DNA from: Elusimicrobiota bacterium
Lineage (GTDB): Bacteria; Elusimicrobiota; Elusimicrobia; Elusimicrobiales; UBA9959
Length of the DNA: 15,080 bases
Assembly: GCA_036574205.1 (NCBI GenBank)
Contig: JAINCQ010000026.1
Location: 1 to 15,080 of the forward strand
Direction of reading: 5' to 3'
Shown here piece by piece: positions 1 to 8,714 of the stretch. Position 1 is the stretch's first letter. Each line of letters starts with the position of its first letter. The notes under the pieces are model-generated. The model was not told the origin of the DNA and ran no database searches. It saw only the letters and a list, made by a program, of their open reading frames with translations. The position numbers and the translations under genes are program-made.

Positions 1-990
1 AGCAGTGCCTGTTGGGGAAAGATGATAGATAAAATGCTGAACCCATGCAAAGTTTGCATTTCCTTTTGGTGGTTTTCCATATCTCCAGCGAACATCTTCC
101 TGTAAACGCTCACCACCCCAATCTGAATCATTGAAAGGAGGATTGGCTAAGATAAAATCAGATTTCAAATCCTTGAATTGATCATCGTGGAAAGAATCGC
201 CCCATTTAATGTTTGCATCTATTCCTCTGATGGCTAAATTCATTTTGCAAAGCCGCCAGGTTGTCTGGTTGCTTTCCTGTCCGTAGATGGATATATCGCC
301 AATCTTTCCACCGTGAGCTTCTATGAATTTTTCGCTCTGGACAAACATTCCTCCTGATCCGCAGCAGGGGTCAAAGATTCTTCCTTTATAAGGCTCAAGC
401 ATCTCCACAAGGAGTCTTACAATACTTCTCGGGGTATAGAATTGACCACCTTTCTTTCCTTCTGCATCTGCAAACTGACCTAAAAAATACTCATAAACCC
501 TTCCTAATATATCTTTACTTTTATTTTCTCTGTCTCCTAAACCTATTGTTCCGATTAAGTCAATAAGTTCGCCAAGTCTTTGTTTATTTATGGACGGGCT
601 TGAATAGATCTTTGGTAGCACACCTTTAAGCGATTGATTATCTCTTTCAATCGCTTCCATTGCCTTATCTATTAGCTCTCCGATTTCAGGTCTCTTTGCA
701 TTTGCCTCTAGATACCCCCATCTTGCATTTTTTGGTACATAGAAAACCCTTCTTGCAAGATATTCATCTTTATCTTCAGTATCAGCAAGTTTATCTTTTA
801 TAACTTCATTATAGACCTCTGTGAAGGCATCAGAGATGTATTTTAGAAAAATCAATCCAAGCACCACATGTTTGTATTCGGCAGCGTCCATATTGCTGCG
901 GAGCTTGTCTGCTGCCTGCCAGAGCTTTCGCTCAAAACCCAGATTTGCTCCGTTAGATTCTTTTGTAGCGTTAGTATTATTTTTGGACAT
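1..990 (-). CDS. hsdM: Type I restriction-modification system methyltransferase subunit M, 5' part (3' end outside window)
   Basis: Not in the ORF track because no stop lies in the window. Manual translation from ATG at 990 gives [54 protein letters not shown]..., then [14 protein letters not shown]-binding motif [18 protein letters not shown], and catalytic motif [12 protein letters not shown]. Confidence 0.96.
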   Translation of the reverse strand, partial: MSKNNTNATKESNGANLGFERKLWQAADKLRSNMDAAEYKHVVLGLIFLKYISDAFTEVYNEVIKDKLADTEDKDEYLARRVFYVPKNARWGYLEANAKRPEIGELIDKAMEAIERDNQSLKGVLPKIYSSPSINKQRLGELIDLIGTIGLGDRENKSKDILGRVYEYFLGQFADAEGKKGGQFYTPRSIVRLLVEMLEPYKGRIFDPCCGSGGMFVQSEKFIEAHGGKIGDISIYGQESNQTTWRLCKMNLAIRGIDANIKWGDSFHDDQFKDLKSDFILANPPFNDSDWGGERLQEDVRWRYGKPPKGNANFAWVQHFIYHLSPTGTA

Positions 991-1093
991 AGTTTTACCC
1001 TTTATATTATTCTTTTTTAATTCATCCTCAAAAAAATTTCTGCACTGTCTTTAGATAATTAAGCCTTTAGTTTTGCAATAGCCTTTATGAAAT

Positions 1094-1122
1094 ATTATAA
1101 CTCATTTAATTTCTGGTTGCAA
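1094..1122 (-). promoter_or_regulatory. Putative sigma70 promoter of hsdM
   Basis: Minus strand reads TTGCAA-17 bp-TATAAT, about 100 bp upstream of the hsdM ATG. Confidence 0.55.
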
Positions 1123-1369
1123 TCAGGAGAATTATCCTCCCATGGGTTCAAAACGCTGGTGCAACAAAAGAGCATATCTGCTGTATAATAAGAAAGAAGT
1201 TAAAACCGCTTTAAGATAGACCCAGAAAATGTCCGATTTTAAAACACCAACAAAAATGTTTAGTTCTTTTATTACAGTTACTACCTGGATCCACCAATGT
1301 CTTCTTATAATAATGTTTGATATATTTTAATAAAACATTTTATACATTTTTAATTAACAAGTCAAAATT

Positions 1370-1397
1370 TTGTATAAATGCATAATTATTATATAAT
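1370..1397 (+). promoter_or_regulatory. Putative sigma70 promoter of pta
   Basis: TTGTAT (1370-1375), 16 bp, TATAAT (1392-1397), then SD-like AAAGGA (1421-1426) before ATG 1433. The AT-rich context weakens the call. Confidence 0.4.
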
Positions 1398-1432
1398 ACT
1401 TTAAAGAAAATTTTATTTTGAAAGGAATAAAA

Positions 1433-2429
1433 ATGGATAATATTTCTTTATATCTAAGAAAAAAAGCGGCTAAAAATCCTGCCAGCACAATTTTCCCGGA
1501 AGGGTCCGATTTGAGGATAAGAGAAGCTGCTGCCAAATTAGTAAGTGAAAATATTTGTAAGCCTGTTATTATGCTTAATGATAAAGAAAAAGAAGATTTT
1601 GACTCTTTGAATGGGAAAATTTCAATAATAGATCCATATGATAGCAAACTAAAAAGAATGCGCCGAAAAATGGGCTGAAATTAAAAAAATACCGGTTGAA
1701 TCTGCTTTAAAGTTAATAGAAAATCGTATGAATATGGCTACCGCTATGCTTTATCTCGGAAAAGCTCAGGCAATGGTAGCAGGTTCACAGACCCCTACCT
1801 CTGAAGTTTTAAAACCTTCGCTTGAATTAAGACGGCTCTATCCGGGAATTCCCCCTGTGACCAGTTGTTTTATAATGCAAATTAAAAATCCAGAATATGG
1901 CTCTAATGGAATACTAATTTTTGCAGATTGCGCGATGAATCCCGAACCTTCATCTGCTATGCTGGCTCAAATAGCGGGAGCTTCTGCTAAAGTAGCTAAA
2001 CAGATTTGTAATATTGAACCAAAGGTTGCTATGCTTTCATTCTCCACATATGGAAGTTCAGAGCATAGTGCTGCGGTTAAAATAAAGGAAGCTGTAGAAA
2101 TAGCCAGAAGGAAATTTCCGGAATTTGAAATAGATGGAGAGTTACAGGTCGACGCAGCGCTTGTTCCGTGGATAGCTGAAAAAAAAGCAGCTGGCAGTAA
2201 AGTCGCAGGAAAGGCAAATGTTCTGGTTTTTCCTGATTTAAACAGCGGCAATATAGCCTATAAGCTGGTGGAAAGACTGGCTGATGCCAGAGCGATAGGA
2301 CCCATAGTTTTAGGTTTGAATCCCGTGGTAAATGACCTTTCCAGAGGCTGTTCTGTTGAAGATATCATTAACATTTGCGCAGTAGCATCCATACAATGTT
2401 CCTTGATATCGGGGAAAGATGAGAGATAA
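1433..2429 (+). pseudogene. pta: Phosphate acetyltransferase (Pta/EutD class), split by a single frameshift near 1651-1670
   Basis: The N-terminal piece (IFPEGSDLRIREAA...IIDP) stops at 1678. The +1 frame is open from 1653 (KECAEKWAEIKKIPVESALKLIENRM...) into ORF 1728-2429, which has FADCAMNPEP, VAMLSFSTYGS, DGELQVDAAL, VAGKANVLVFPDLNSGNIAYKL and DLSRGCS. Removing one base gives a 331-aa protein of normal Pta length. Confidence 0.9.
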
Positions 2430-2637
2430 ATTTTTATCTTTTTTCTGTCTTATCTGTCCATTTTGCATCGCAAAAAGAAGATGGCAGGATTCTTTTTATG
2501 CTAAATTGGTTAAGAAAATAGAAAGATACTGCCCTTTTTGCCTTGCATATAATAGGATTTATAAATCTAAATAGTATTTATATCTCTCAGTTAAAGCCTG
2601 TCTTTTATTTATTTTTTTTATGTTTATTTGAGCTGAA

Positions 2638-2659
2638 TAGCAAATTTACAAATTTGCTA
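2638..2659. other. Perfect 10-2-10 palindrome between convergent pta and MFS genes (possible terminator or binding site)
   Basis: TAGCAAATTT-AC-AAATTTGCTA; AT-rich stem with no clear U-tract on either strand. Confidence 0.35.
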
Positions 2660-2704
2660 ATAAAACCCTAAGACAAAAAGATTATTTTTATAACTATGAC
2701 TTAA

Positions 2705-4114
2705 CTATTTTACAGATTTTGTTTTAGAAGGCAATGCATTCCATATTTTCATAGATAGGATAAATCCTATTATGGTAAATGGAATCAAAAAAATTGGCCA
2801 CATATTCCAGTTAGCCGGATTTTTAGCAATCTCACCAACCGGCGTTATATGACCTATTACTATAGACTGAAATCCTGTTCCAAGATATACCATCCCATCC
2901 ACTATTCCAGTCGCGGCTCCAGCATTTTTTGCTCCTCCAAAATCTGTTGTTGAGGTTCCTGAAAGTATTCCATGTACACCGGTTACAGACATGGATAATG
3001 CCATAGTGGCAATACCAGCCCACCATAGATCTCCATCTAATTTTAATGCCATTATTCCTATACTTACAAACATAAGCGCGTATAAAATAGCCGCCATTGG
3101 CGCCCGCCTTGAATTGAAAAACTTATCTGAACACCAGCCTGTTAAAAAAGAACCAGCAAGACCGGTTAAAAGCAAAACTAATCCCCAGTTTTGTGTAACC
3201 CAGAATGTTTTTTTAAATCCTATTTCAGAAGCAAATATCGGATACCAGTGCATAACACCGTTTCTTAAAACACCACTACAAAATTCTATGAAGCATACCA
3301 CCAATAAAACAGGATGTGTCAAAATTTTTATAAAAACCTGTCTTATTGGCAGCCTATCCCCTGTTTGAGAAAGTGAATCCTCACCTGTGTCAAAGTTTTC
3401 ATAACCCGCGTCACGAGGAGTATTTTTAAGGAATATAAACATAATAACCCATAAAACGCTAAGTATTATAGCGGGGACAAAAAATAAAGCCCAATTTTGA
3501 TCTACTCCCTTTCCACCAAGACCAAACACATAAGCAAAAACCCTGGCAAATGTTGAGGGATTGTCTCCCCTAACAGCTTTTGATGCTTCAGCCACTGCAA
3601 ACCCCCAGTCAAAAGCAAAATAAAGACCAAAAGCTATCATAGAACCAAATATTGTGGAAAATGTTCCGCGCTCCCTTACATGAAACCATGGAGCTTTTAC
3701 TGTTACTATGGAAATTGCGCCATAACTTTGAAAATGCATATTTAAAGCATAAAGTATCAAAAAAGAATAAAATATAGAAATATTCCAATGCCAGTAATAA
3801 TTGCCATACAGGATTAATCCCATAAGGAAGTTTGCAAGTATAGTTCCGCCAGTTCCTATAAGCATGGATGCTCTTCCACCCACTTTATCCGTAAGCGGAC
3901 CGGTTATAAGAAAAGAAAGAGAATAGACCCATGCTCCAACAGCAAATATTTCGCCAAACTGGGCTTTTGTCATTATCTCATCTCCAAGAACACTTTTGCT
4001 TACTGTAAGATTATATCTACCCATATACATAAAGGCGTAAGCAAAGCCAAGAGGAACCCAGTTAAGGGCCCTCCTTAAACGATAAGAACGTGAATGTTTA
4101 GGATAATCTGTCAT
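2705..4114 (-). CDS. MFS transporter, GlpT/UhpC-like (organophosphate:Pi antiporter family)
   Basis: 469 aa with about 12 hydrophobic segments; YMGRYNL (OPA YxxRxN motif), MFS motif A GPLTDKVGGR, WFHVRERGT, GWCSDKFFNSRRAP, AGAATGIVDG. Confidence 0.88.
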   Translation of the reverse strand: MTDYPKHSRSYRLRRALNWVPLGFAYAFMYMGRYNLTVSKSVLGDEIMTKAQFGEIFAVGAWVYSLSFLITGPLTDKVGGRASMLIGTGGTILANFLMGLILYGNYYWHWNISIFYSFLILYALNMHFQSYGAISIVTVKAPWFHVRERGTFSTIFGSMIAFGLYFAFDWGFAVAEASKAVRGDNPSTFARVFAYVFGLGGKGVDQNWALFFVPAIILSVLWVIMFIFLKNTPRDAGYENFDTGEDSLSQTGDRLPIRQVFIKILTHPVLLVVCFIEFCSGVLRNGVMHWYPIFASEIGFKKTFWVTQNWGLVLLLTGLAGSFLTGWCSDKFFNSRRAPMAAILYALMFVSIGIMALKLDGDLWWAGIATMALSMSVTGVHGILSGTSTTDFGGAKNAGAATGIVDGMVYLGTGFQSIVIGHITPVGEIAKNPANWNMWPIFLIPFTIIGFILSMKIWNALPSKTKSVK

Positions 4115-4352
4115 ATACTCTATTATATAAAAATTAATTCTTATAAACTGTAAAGAAAATGTAAAATATATGTAAAAAATAAATAAAGTTCAATTCTTAA
4201 CAGGATAAATCTATCAAATATATCATAACGCTTACAATTTATACAAAATATCAGAAACATACTAGACAGCTTTTTAAGGCTGTGGAGTCGTAGAATAATA
4301 TTTGTAAATCTATTGAAAACTGTGTGATAAAAAACAGATATATCTCCAATAG

Positions 4353-4377
4353 CGGACTGACCGGGGCGGTCAGTCCG
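4353..4377. repeat. GC-rich 11-3-11 palindrome; 21-bp core repeated at 14345-14365
   Basis: CGGACTGACCG-GGG-CGGTCAGTCCG. Confidence 0.9.
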
Positions 4378-4420
4378 GTGCTCACTTTCGAGACACTCAA
4401 ACCGTCCCTTTTCCCTTAAA

Positions 4421-4645
4421 TCTCCTCACCCTAACCCTCTCCAAGAAAGGAGAGGGGATTTGTGTAGCAGGAAGACAGAGGCTCTTTAAAATAGAAAATG
4501 GCATAAATGAGTGTTAAAATCCATTCCCCCTTCAAGGGGAAGGTGAAGGATGAGAGTGAAAAATAAAATTTCCTCACCCTGACCCTCTCCAAGAAAGGAG
4601 AGGGAATATATTAAAATGGGAGAGGATTAAGGTGAGGGTGAAAAA
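4421..4645. repeat. Cluster of four REP-like hairpin repeats (CCTCACCCTAACCCTCTCC...GGAGAGGG type)
   Basis: Copies at 4421-4474, ~4519-4561, 4571-4604 (33/34 identical to 4423-4456) and 4616-4645 (one hairpin arm only), in alternating orientation. Confidence 0.85.
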
Positions 4646-4852
4646 AGAAGAGGGGACATAGCAGTTAAACCCTCCCGAAAGGTAATATTGTGGTTAAACT
4701 GTGGAAAATTGTTTATGCAAAGCTTGATAAGCTAAATGATAAAGTTTGTAGATTATATGTTATGGTATTGAAAAAACCCATAAATAATTGAATCGGAAAA
4801 ACGCAATAAATTGATTTTTAGATTAGCAATTTAAAAATCATAAAAAGTCCAA

Positions 4853-4912
4853 CCTGCCTGTGCGTGTGCGCCTGACTGCGAGTGTCTTCGCTCAGGTAGA
4901 CACGCAGACAGG
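4853..4912. mobile_element. 60-bp GC-rich hairpin miniature insertion element (CCTGCCTG...CAGACAGG)
   Basis: Long imperfect hairpin with nested pairs CCTG/CAGG, TGCGTGT/ACACGCA, CCTGA/TCAGG and GCGA/TCGC. It is precisely absent from the homologous position of the right-hand copy (junction 14245/14246). Confidence 0.8.
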
Positions 4913-4941
4913 TATGTATAGATATCTTATCTTACAATTTC

Positions 4942-4970
4942 TTGACAGATTAATATTTAATATATATAAT
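4942..4970 (+). promoter_or_regulatory. Consensus sigma70 promoter of the metal/Fe-S operon
   Basis: TTGACA (4942-4947), 17 bp, TATAAT (4965-4970); SD AAGGAGG at 4998-5004 before ATG 5010. Confidence 0.88.
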
Positions 4971-4971
4971 A

Positions 4972-4994
4972 TTATTGATAATGATTATCAATAA
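4972..4994. promoter_or_regulatory. Fur-type operator box over the predicted transcription start
   Basis: Perfect 11-1-11 palindrome TTATTGATAAT-G-ATTATCAATAA containing the 7-1-7 Fur consensus TGATAATnATTATCA (4976-4990). Confidence 0.85.
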
Positions 4995-5009
4995 CAAAAG
5001 GAGGTAATT

Positions 5010-5267
5010 ATGCCATTCGGAGATGGAACAGGACCATTTGGAACAGGACCGGTAGGACGGGGGCTTGGTCCCTGTGGCAAAGGCAGATCGTGGAGAATAG
5101 GAGGATGGGGAAGAGGTTTTGGCTATGGCAGGGGTTATGGCAGATATATTGAAACATCTGATGCCGAAGTTCTAAATCAGGAGATAGAAGTTCTTAAAGC
5201 AAGAATCAAGGAATTAGAAAACCTTCGCAACCGAGTTAACAGAAACGATAATGAGGAGGGTAAATGA
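5010..5267 (+). CDS. DUF5320-family Gly/Arg-rich protein with C-terminal coiled coil
   Basis: MPFGDGTGPFGTGPVGRGLGPCG...GRGFGYGRGYG, followed by heptad-like LNQEIEVLKARIKELENL; strong SD. Confidence 0.85.
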   Translation: MPFGDGTGPFGTGPVGRGLGPCGKGRSWRIGGWGRGFGYGRGYGRYIETSDAEVLNQEIEVLKARIKELENLRNRVNRNDNEEGK

Positions 5268-5626
5268 TAATAGGAATTACTATTGATGAGGATAAAGGGC
5301 TTAAAAGTAGAGTATCTTCACATTTTGGACAATGTGGTTACTTTCTTATAGTGGAAGTCAACGGAAAGGAAATAAGCAATTTTAAAGTCGTCACTAACTC
5401 CGCTCAGCATGGAGGTGGAGGATGTCTGGCTGTGGATGAGATACTTAAACATAAGGTAACTCATCTAATAGCCGGCGGGATGGGAGCAAATGCCAAAATG
5501 AAATTAACTGACGCGGGAGTAAAGGTTTTTAGTTACTCCGGCATTGCCATAGACGCAGTAAAGGAACTTCTTGAAAAAGGACTGGATGGTATACAACCTT
5601 GCAAAGAACACGGCGGAAATGAATAA
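5264..5626 (+). CDS. NifB/NifX-family (FeMo-cofactor-binding / ORP-like) protein
   Basis: VSSHFGQCGYFLIVEV, HGGGGC, LIAGGMGANA, GVKVF, C-terminal CKEH; ATGA overlap with the upstream gene. Confidence 0.9.
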   Translation: MIIGITIDEDKGLKSRVSSHFGQCGYFLIVEVNGKEISNFKVVTNSAQHGGGGCLAVDEILKHKVTHLIAGGMGANAKMKLTDAGVKVFSYSGIAIDAVKELLEKGLDGIQPCKEHGGNE

Positions 5627-5703
5627 AAAACTGTTTTGCCGGTTACGTTTTTGCTTATAGACAAATTCGCTTCAGTTTATGAAAAATAAAATGTGTGAGG
5701 GAT

Positions 5704-5844
5704 ATGCTGGATAATTTGTATAAAAGATTAAATTCCGATGGTATCCTTTTGGTCCGGGAAGATTGGGCTGGCAATGAAGAATTTTTTGATATGTTTGAGA
5801 TCAGATATCTCCGAACAGTTGGCGCAATTAGTAACGTTCTGTGA
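5704..5844 (+). pseudogene. Short 46-codon ORF, possible remnant of a class I SAM methyltransferase
   Basis: MLDNLYKRLNSDGILLVREDW loosely resembles the 'l...L.pgG.lli.d' methyltransferase segment. It fills a 250-bp gap in an otherwise tightly packed operon. Confidence 0.25.
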
Positions 5845-5876
5845 TCTGGCAGGTTGTAAAGAAAAGGTGGAAAGTT

Positions 5877-6716
5877 ATGGTAATTGCTGTGGCAAGTGGC
5901 AAAGGGGGAACGGGAAAAACTACACTGGCTTGCGCTTTGGCTCGGGCATTGTCTCCTGAAGTCGCTCTTGTGGACTGCGATGTGGAAGAACCAAACTGCG
6001 CCCTTTTTTTAAAACCTGAAATAAACAAAGAAGTTCTTTTTTCAGTTCCACTTCCCGTTATAAATACTTCTTTGTGCAATGGATGCGGAAAATGCCAGGG
6101 AATTTGCGAATATAATGCTTTGAAGGTTTTTAACAAAAAACCTGTCTTATTTGATCATTTATGTCATTCTTGTGGTGGCTGTGCTTTGATTTGTCCACAA
6201 AAGGCTATAACTGAAGATTCAAGACCAGTAGGAAAAATAAGAATTGGAAAATTTAACGGTTCTTTTTTCTGTGATGGTGTCATGAATTTGGGAGAGCCAA
6301 CTCCAGTACGATTGATAAAAGCTGTTAAAAAACTTGCTCCACCAGATAAAGATATAATTATAGATTGTCCCCCCGGCACTTCCTGTCCTATGATAGCTGC
6401 GGTTGAAGGAGCAGATTTTTGTCTTCTGGTAAGCGAGCCAACTCCATTTGGATTGTCTGATCTTAAATTAGCGGTTGAGACCATCGAAAAATTGAATATC
6501 CCAATTGCTGTGGTTATAAATAAGTACGATATAGGTAATGATGAAATGGAGAAATGGTGCAATAATAAAGGAATTGATATAATTCTTAAGATTCCTTTTG
6601 ATAGAAATATCGCGCAGTCTTATTCGCGCGGCGAGACTTTAGTTGTATCAAGGCCTGAATATTTGTCAATATTGCGAAAAATTTTTGCTGATATAAAAGA
6701 AAGGAAAAAAAAGTGA
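5877..6716 (+). CDS. MinD-superfamily P-loop ATPase with inserted 2x[4Fe-4S] ferredoxin domain (COG1149 type), copy 1
   Basis: VASGKGGTGKTT, DCDVEEPN, CNGCGKCQGIC, CHSCGGCALICP, DCPPGTSCP, EPTPFGLSDL. Start moved to ATG 5877 on the basis of SD-like AAGGTGG at 5864-5870. Confidence 0.92.
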   Translation: MVIAVASGKGGTGKTTLACALARALSPEVALVDCDVEEPNCALFLKPEINKEVLFSVPLPVINTSLCNGCGKCQGICEYNALKVFNKKPVLFDHLCHSCGGCALICPQKAITEDSRPVGKIRIGKFNGSFFCDGVMNLGEPTPVRLIKAVKKLAPPDKDIIIDCPPGTSCPMIAAVEGADFCLLVSEPTPFGLSDLKLAVETIEKLNIPIAVVINKYDIGNDEMEKWCNNKGIDIILKIPFDRNIAQSYSRGETLVVSRPEYLSILRKIFADIKERKKK

Positions 6717-7579
6717 AGCAAATCCTTGTTCTTAGTGGTAAAGGTGGCACAGGGAAAACCACAGTTGCTGGAGCTTTTGCGGGGCTGGCAGCTCCATGTG
6801 TAATAGCTGATTGCGATGTGGATGCCGCAAATCTGCATATTATATTGTCTCCAAAGGAAGGAGAAGTGAATTTTTTCTATGGCGGAAAAAAAGCTTTTAT
6901 AGATCCGGTGAAATGTGTAAATTGTGGATACTGCGCAAAATTGTGCCGTTTTGAAGCTATTTCTTTTCCTCCTCATAGAGTCAATGAACTATCATGTGAA
7001 GGGTGCGGAGTGTGTGTATGGAACTGCCTAACTGGAGCTATAACTCTCAAAGAGAGTTTATCCGGGAGATGGTCGGTCTCAGAATGCCGCTTAGGTCCTT
7101 TTGTTGGAGCGCGTCTTGAACCATCTGCGGAAAATTCAGGAAAACTCGTCGCTCTGCTTAAAAAAGAGGCTGTTAAAATCGCTGAAGCTGTAAAAGCCAG
7201 ATATTTGATATTGGATGGCGCGCCTGGAATAGGATGTCCGGTTCTTGCTTCTTTAAGCGGAATAGATGCGGTGGTAGTGGTGGCTGAACCTACTATTTCC
7301 GGTCGCAGCGATTTTATTCGTTTAGCCGAACTGTTGAAAAATCAGGGGATGCGAACATTTCTTCTAGTAAATAAATGGGATATAAATCCACAGGAAACTG
7401 AAAATATAGAAAGGATAGCTCTAGATTTCGGATTTAAAATTTCTGGCAGGATTCCTTTTGATATAAAAGTTGTGGAGACAATGTTGAATAAAAAGGTTTT
7501 AAGCGAAGTTCCAGATTTTCCTGCGGCTGTTGAAATAAAAAAAGCCTGGAATTTTTTAGTATCGGATCTTAAAGAATGA
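6713..7579 (+). CDS. MinD-superfamily P-loop ATPase with inserted ferredoxin domain (COG1149 type), copy 2
   Basis: LSGKGGTGKTT, DCDVDAANLH, CVNCGYCAKLC, CEGCGVCVWNC, NSGKLV, DGAPGIGCPV; GTGA overlap with the upstream gene. Confidence 0.92.
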   Translation: MKQILVLSGKGGTGKTTVAGAFAGLAAPCVIADCDVDAANLHIILSPKEGEVNFFYGGKKAFIDPVKCVNCGYCAKLCRFEAISFPPHRVNELSCEGCGVCVWNCLTGAITLKESLSGRWSVSECRLGPFVGARLEPSAENSGKLVALLKKEAVKIAEAVKARYLILDGAPGIGCPVLASLSGIDAVVVVAEPTISGRSDFIRLAELLKNQGMRTFLLVNKWDINPQETENIERIALDFGFKISGRIPFDIKVVETMLNKKVLSEVPDFPAAVEIKKAWNFLVSDLKE

Positions 7580-7944
7580 ATATAAGCAATCAAAAGATGA
7601 ATATTGAAGATATTATTAAAAAATACAGGGGAAGATTGAATGATTATGATGCTTCCTCTTCTATAAAGGGGCATTGTGGTGATACTATGGAATTTTATAT
7701 CAGGGTTGAAGATGGAAAAATTAGCGCTGTAAAATACGAGGCAGATGGGTGCGCTGTGACTCATGCCTGTGGAGCTGTGGTGGCATTTTATGTAGATGGA
7801 AAGCCCATAAAGGACGCTTTTTACATTTCTCCCGGCTTAGTCGTAAACACTCTTGGCGGAGTGCCTGAAGACCATCTTCATTGCCCTGTATTAGCCGTGA
7901 TGGCTTTTTTTAGCGCTGTGGGAGAATATTTGAGCAAGCCTTAA
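7576..7944 (+). CDS. NifU/IscU-like Fe-S scaffold protein
   Basis: Three conserved Cys contexts: GHCGDTM, ADGCAVTHAC and HLHCPVLA. Confidence 0.88.
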   Translation: MNISNQKMNIEDIIKKYRGRLNDYDASSSIKGHCGDTMEFYIRVEDGKISAVKYEADGCAVTHACGAVVAFYVDGKPIKDAFYISPGLVVNTLGGVPEDHLHCPVLAVMAFFSAVGEYLSKP

Positions 7945-7981
7945 GCGCAGGTGTTTTAGTTTTTGTTAAGGAGGATTATAT

Positions 7982-8704
7982 ATGAAGTTGACGGTTTTTG
8001 GATGGATATCTATCTTTGCAATTAGTGCCGCAGTGGTAAATGCAATTGGAATTTATCTTGTATATAAAGAAAAAAGATTTGTTGGCAAAGCCGTAACTTA
8101 TTTTATGTGTCTGGCTGCAGGGCTTTTGATATCCGCTCCTTTAATATTTGCTTTTCCACATGCAGTCAGAAAAAATTCTATGGCTGGTATGTCTGCTATG
8201 GTGGGTTTTTTATTTATGCTTTTCAGCAATAAGGTAATAAGCAAAAAGGTAAATAGGAAAAATCTGGCTTTCGGTATAACTGCTATAGAAGGCGTTGCTA
8301 TACATTCTCTGGCGGATGGAATAATCTATACAGTGACTTTCAATGCAAGCATTCTTATAGGATTTTTGTCTGGACTTGGGTTGGTTCTACATGAATTTGC
8401 CGAAGGTGTCATCGCTTTTTCTATTTTAATTGAAGGCGGGATGGAAAGAAAAAAAGCAGTTTTATGGGCTTTGTTTACAGCATCTTTGACAACCCCTATA
8501 GGTGCTTTTATAGCTTATCCTTTTGTAAGTCTTGCCAGCCCTTCTCTATTAGGTCTATTGCTTGGCTTTGTGGTAGGGGTTTTAATTTATGTTTCAGCTT
8601 CGCATCTATTGCCTGAAGCCAGAGAGAAGGATGAAGAACATTCGGTTTCAGCATTTTTAGCTGGGATATTACTATCCCTATTGTTGGGTTTTTTGAAACA
8701 CTAA
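7982..8704 (+). CDS. ZIP-family divalent metal transporter
   Basis: About 8 TM segments; AIHSLADG, LHEFAEG, LTTPIGA, IYVSASHLLPEA; SD AGGAGG. Confidence 0.9.
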   Translation: MKLTVFGWISIFAISAAVVNAIGIYLVYKEKRFVGKAVTYFMCLAAGLLISAPLIFAFPHAVRKNSMAGMSAMVGFLFMLFSNKVISKKVNRKNLAFGITAIEGVAIHSLADGIIYTVTFNASILIGFLSGLGLVLHEFAEGVIAFSILIEGGMERKKAVLWALFTASLTTPIGAFIAYPFVSLASPSLLGLLLGFVVGVLIYVSASHLLPEAREKDEEHSVSAFLAGILLSLLLGFLKH

Positions 8705-8714
8705 GGAGGAATAA

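Larger units (their letters stand above)
4238..4970 (+). repeat. Left copy of a diverged non-coding element whose inverted partner is 14192-14472
   Basis: Colinear blocks match the reverse complement of the right flank: 4238-4300 (diverged); 4301-4334 = rc 14378-14411 (34/34); 4690-4705 = rc 14284-14299 (16/16); 4840-4852 = rc 14246-14258 (13/13); 4913-4929 vs rc 14229-14245 (16/17); then the -35 region. Confidence 0.9.

Noticed and set aside
1037..1088. Three G(C/T)CTTTA repeats in the hsdM leader as an operator array
   Set aside because: Short, irregularly spaced (16 and 18 bp) and plausible by chance in AT-rich DNA.
4238..4330. Conserved small peptide in the duplicated element (FIQNIRNIL vs FMQNLRKIL)
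   Set aside because: The left copy has an in-frame stop just upstream and no start codon, and the copies differ by a 2-bp indel.
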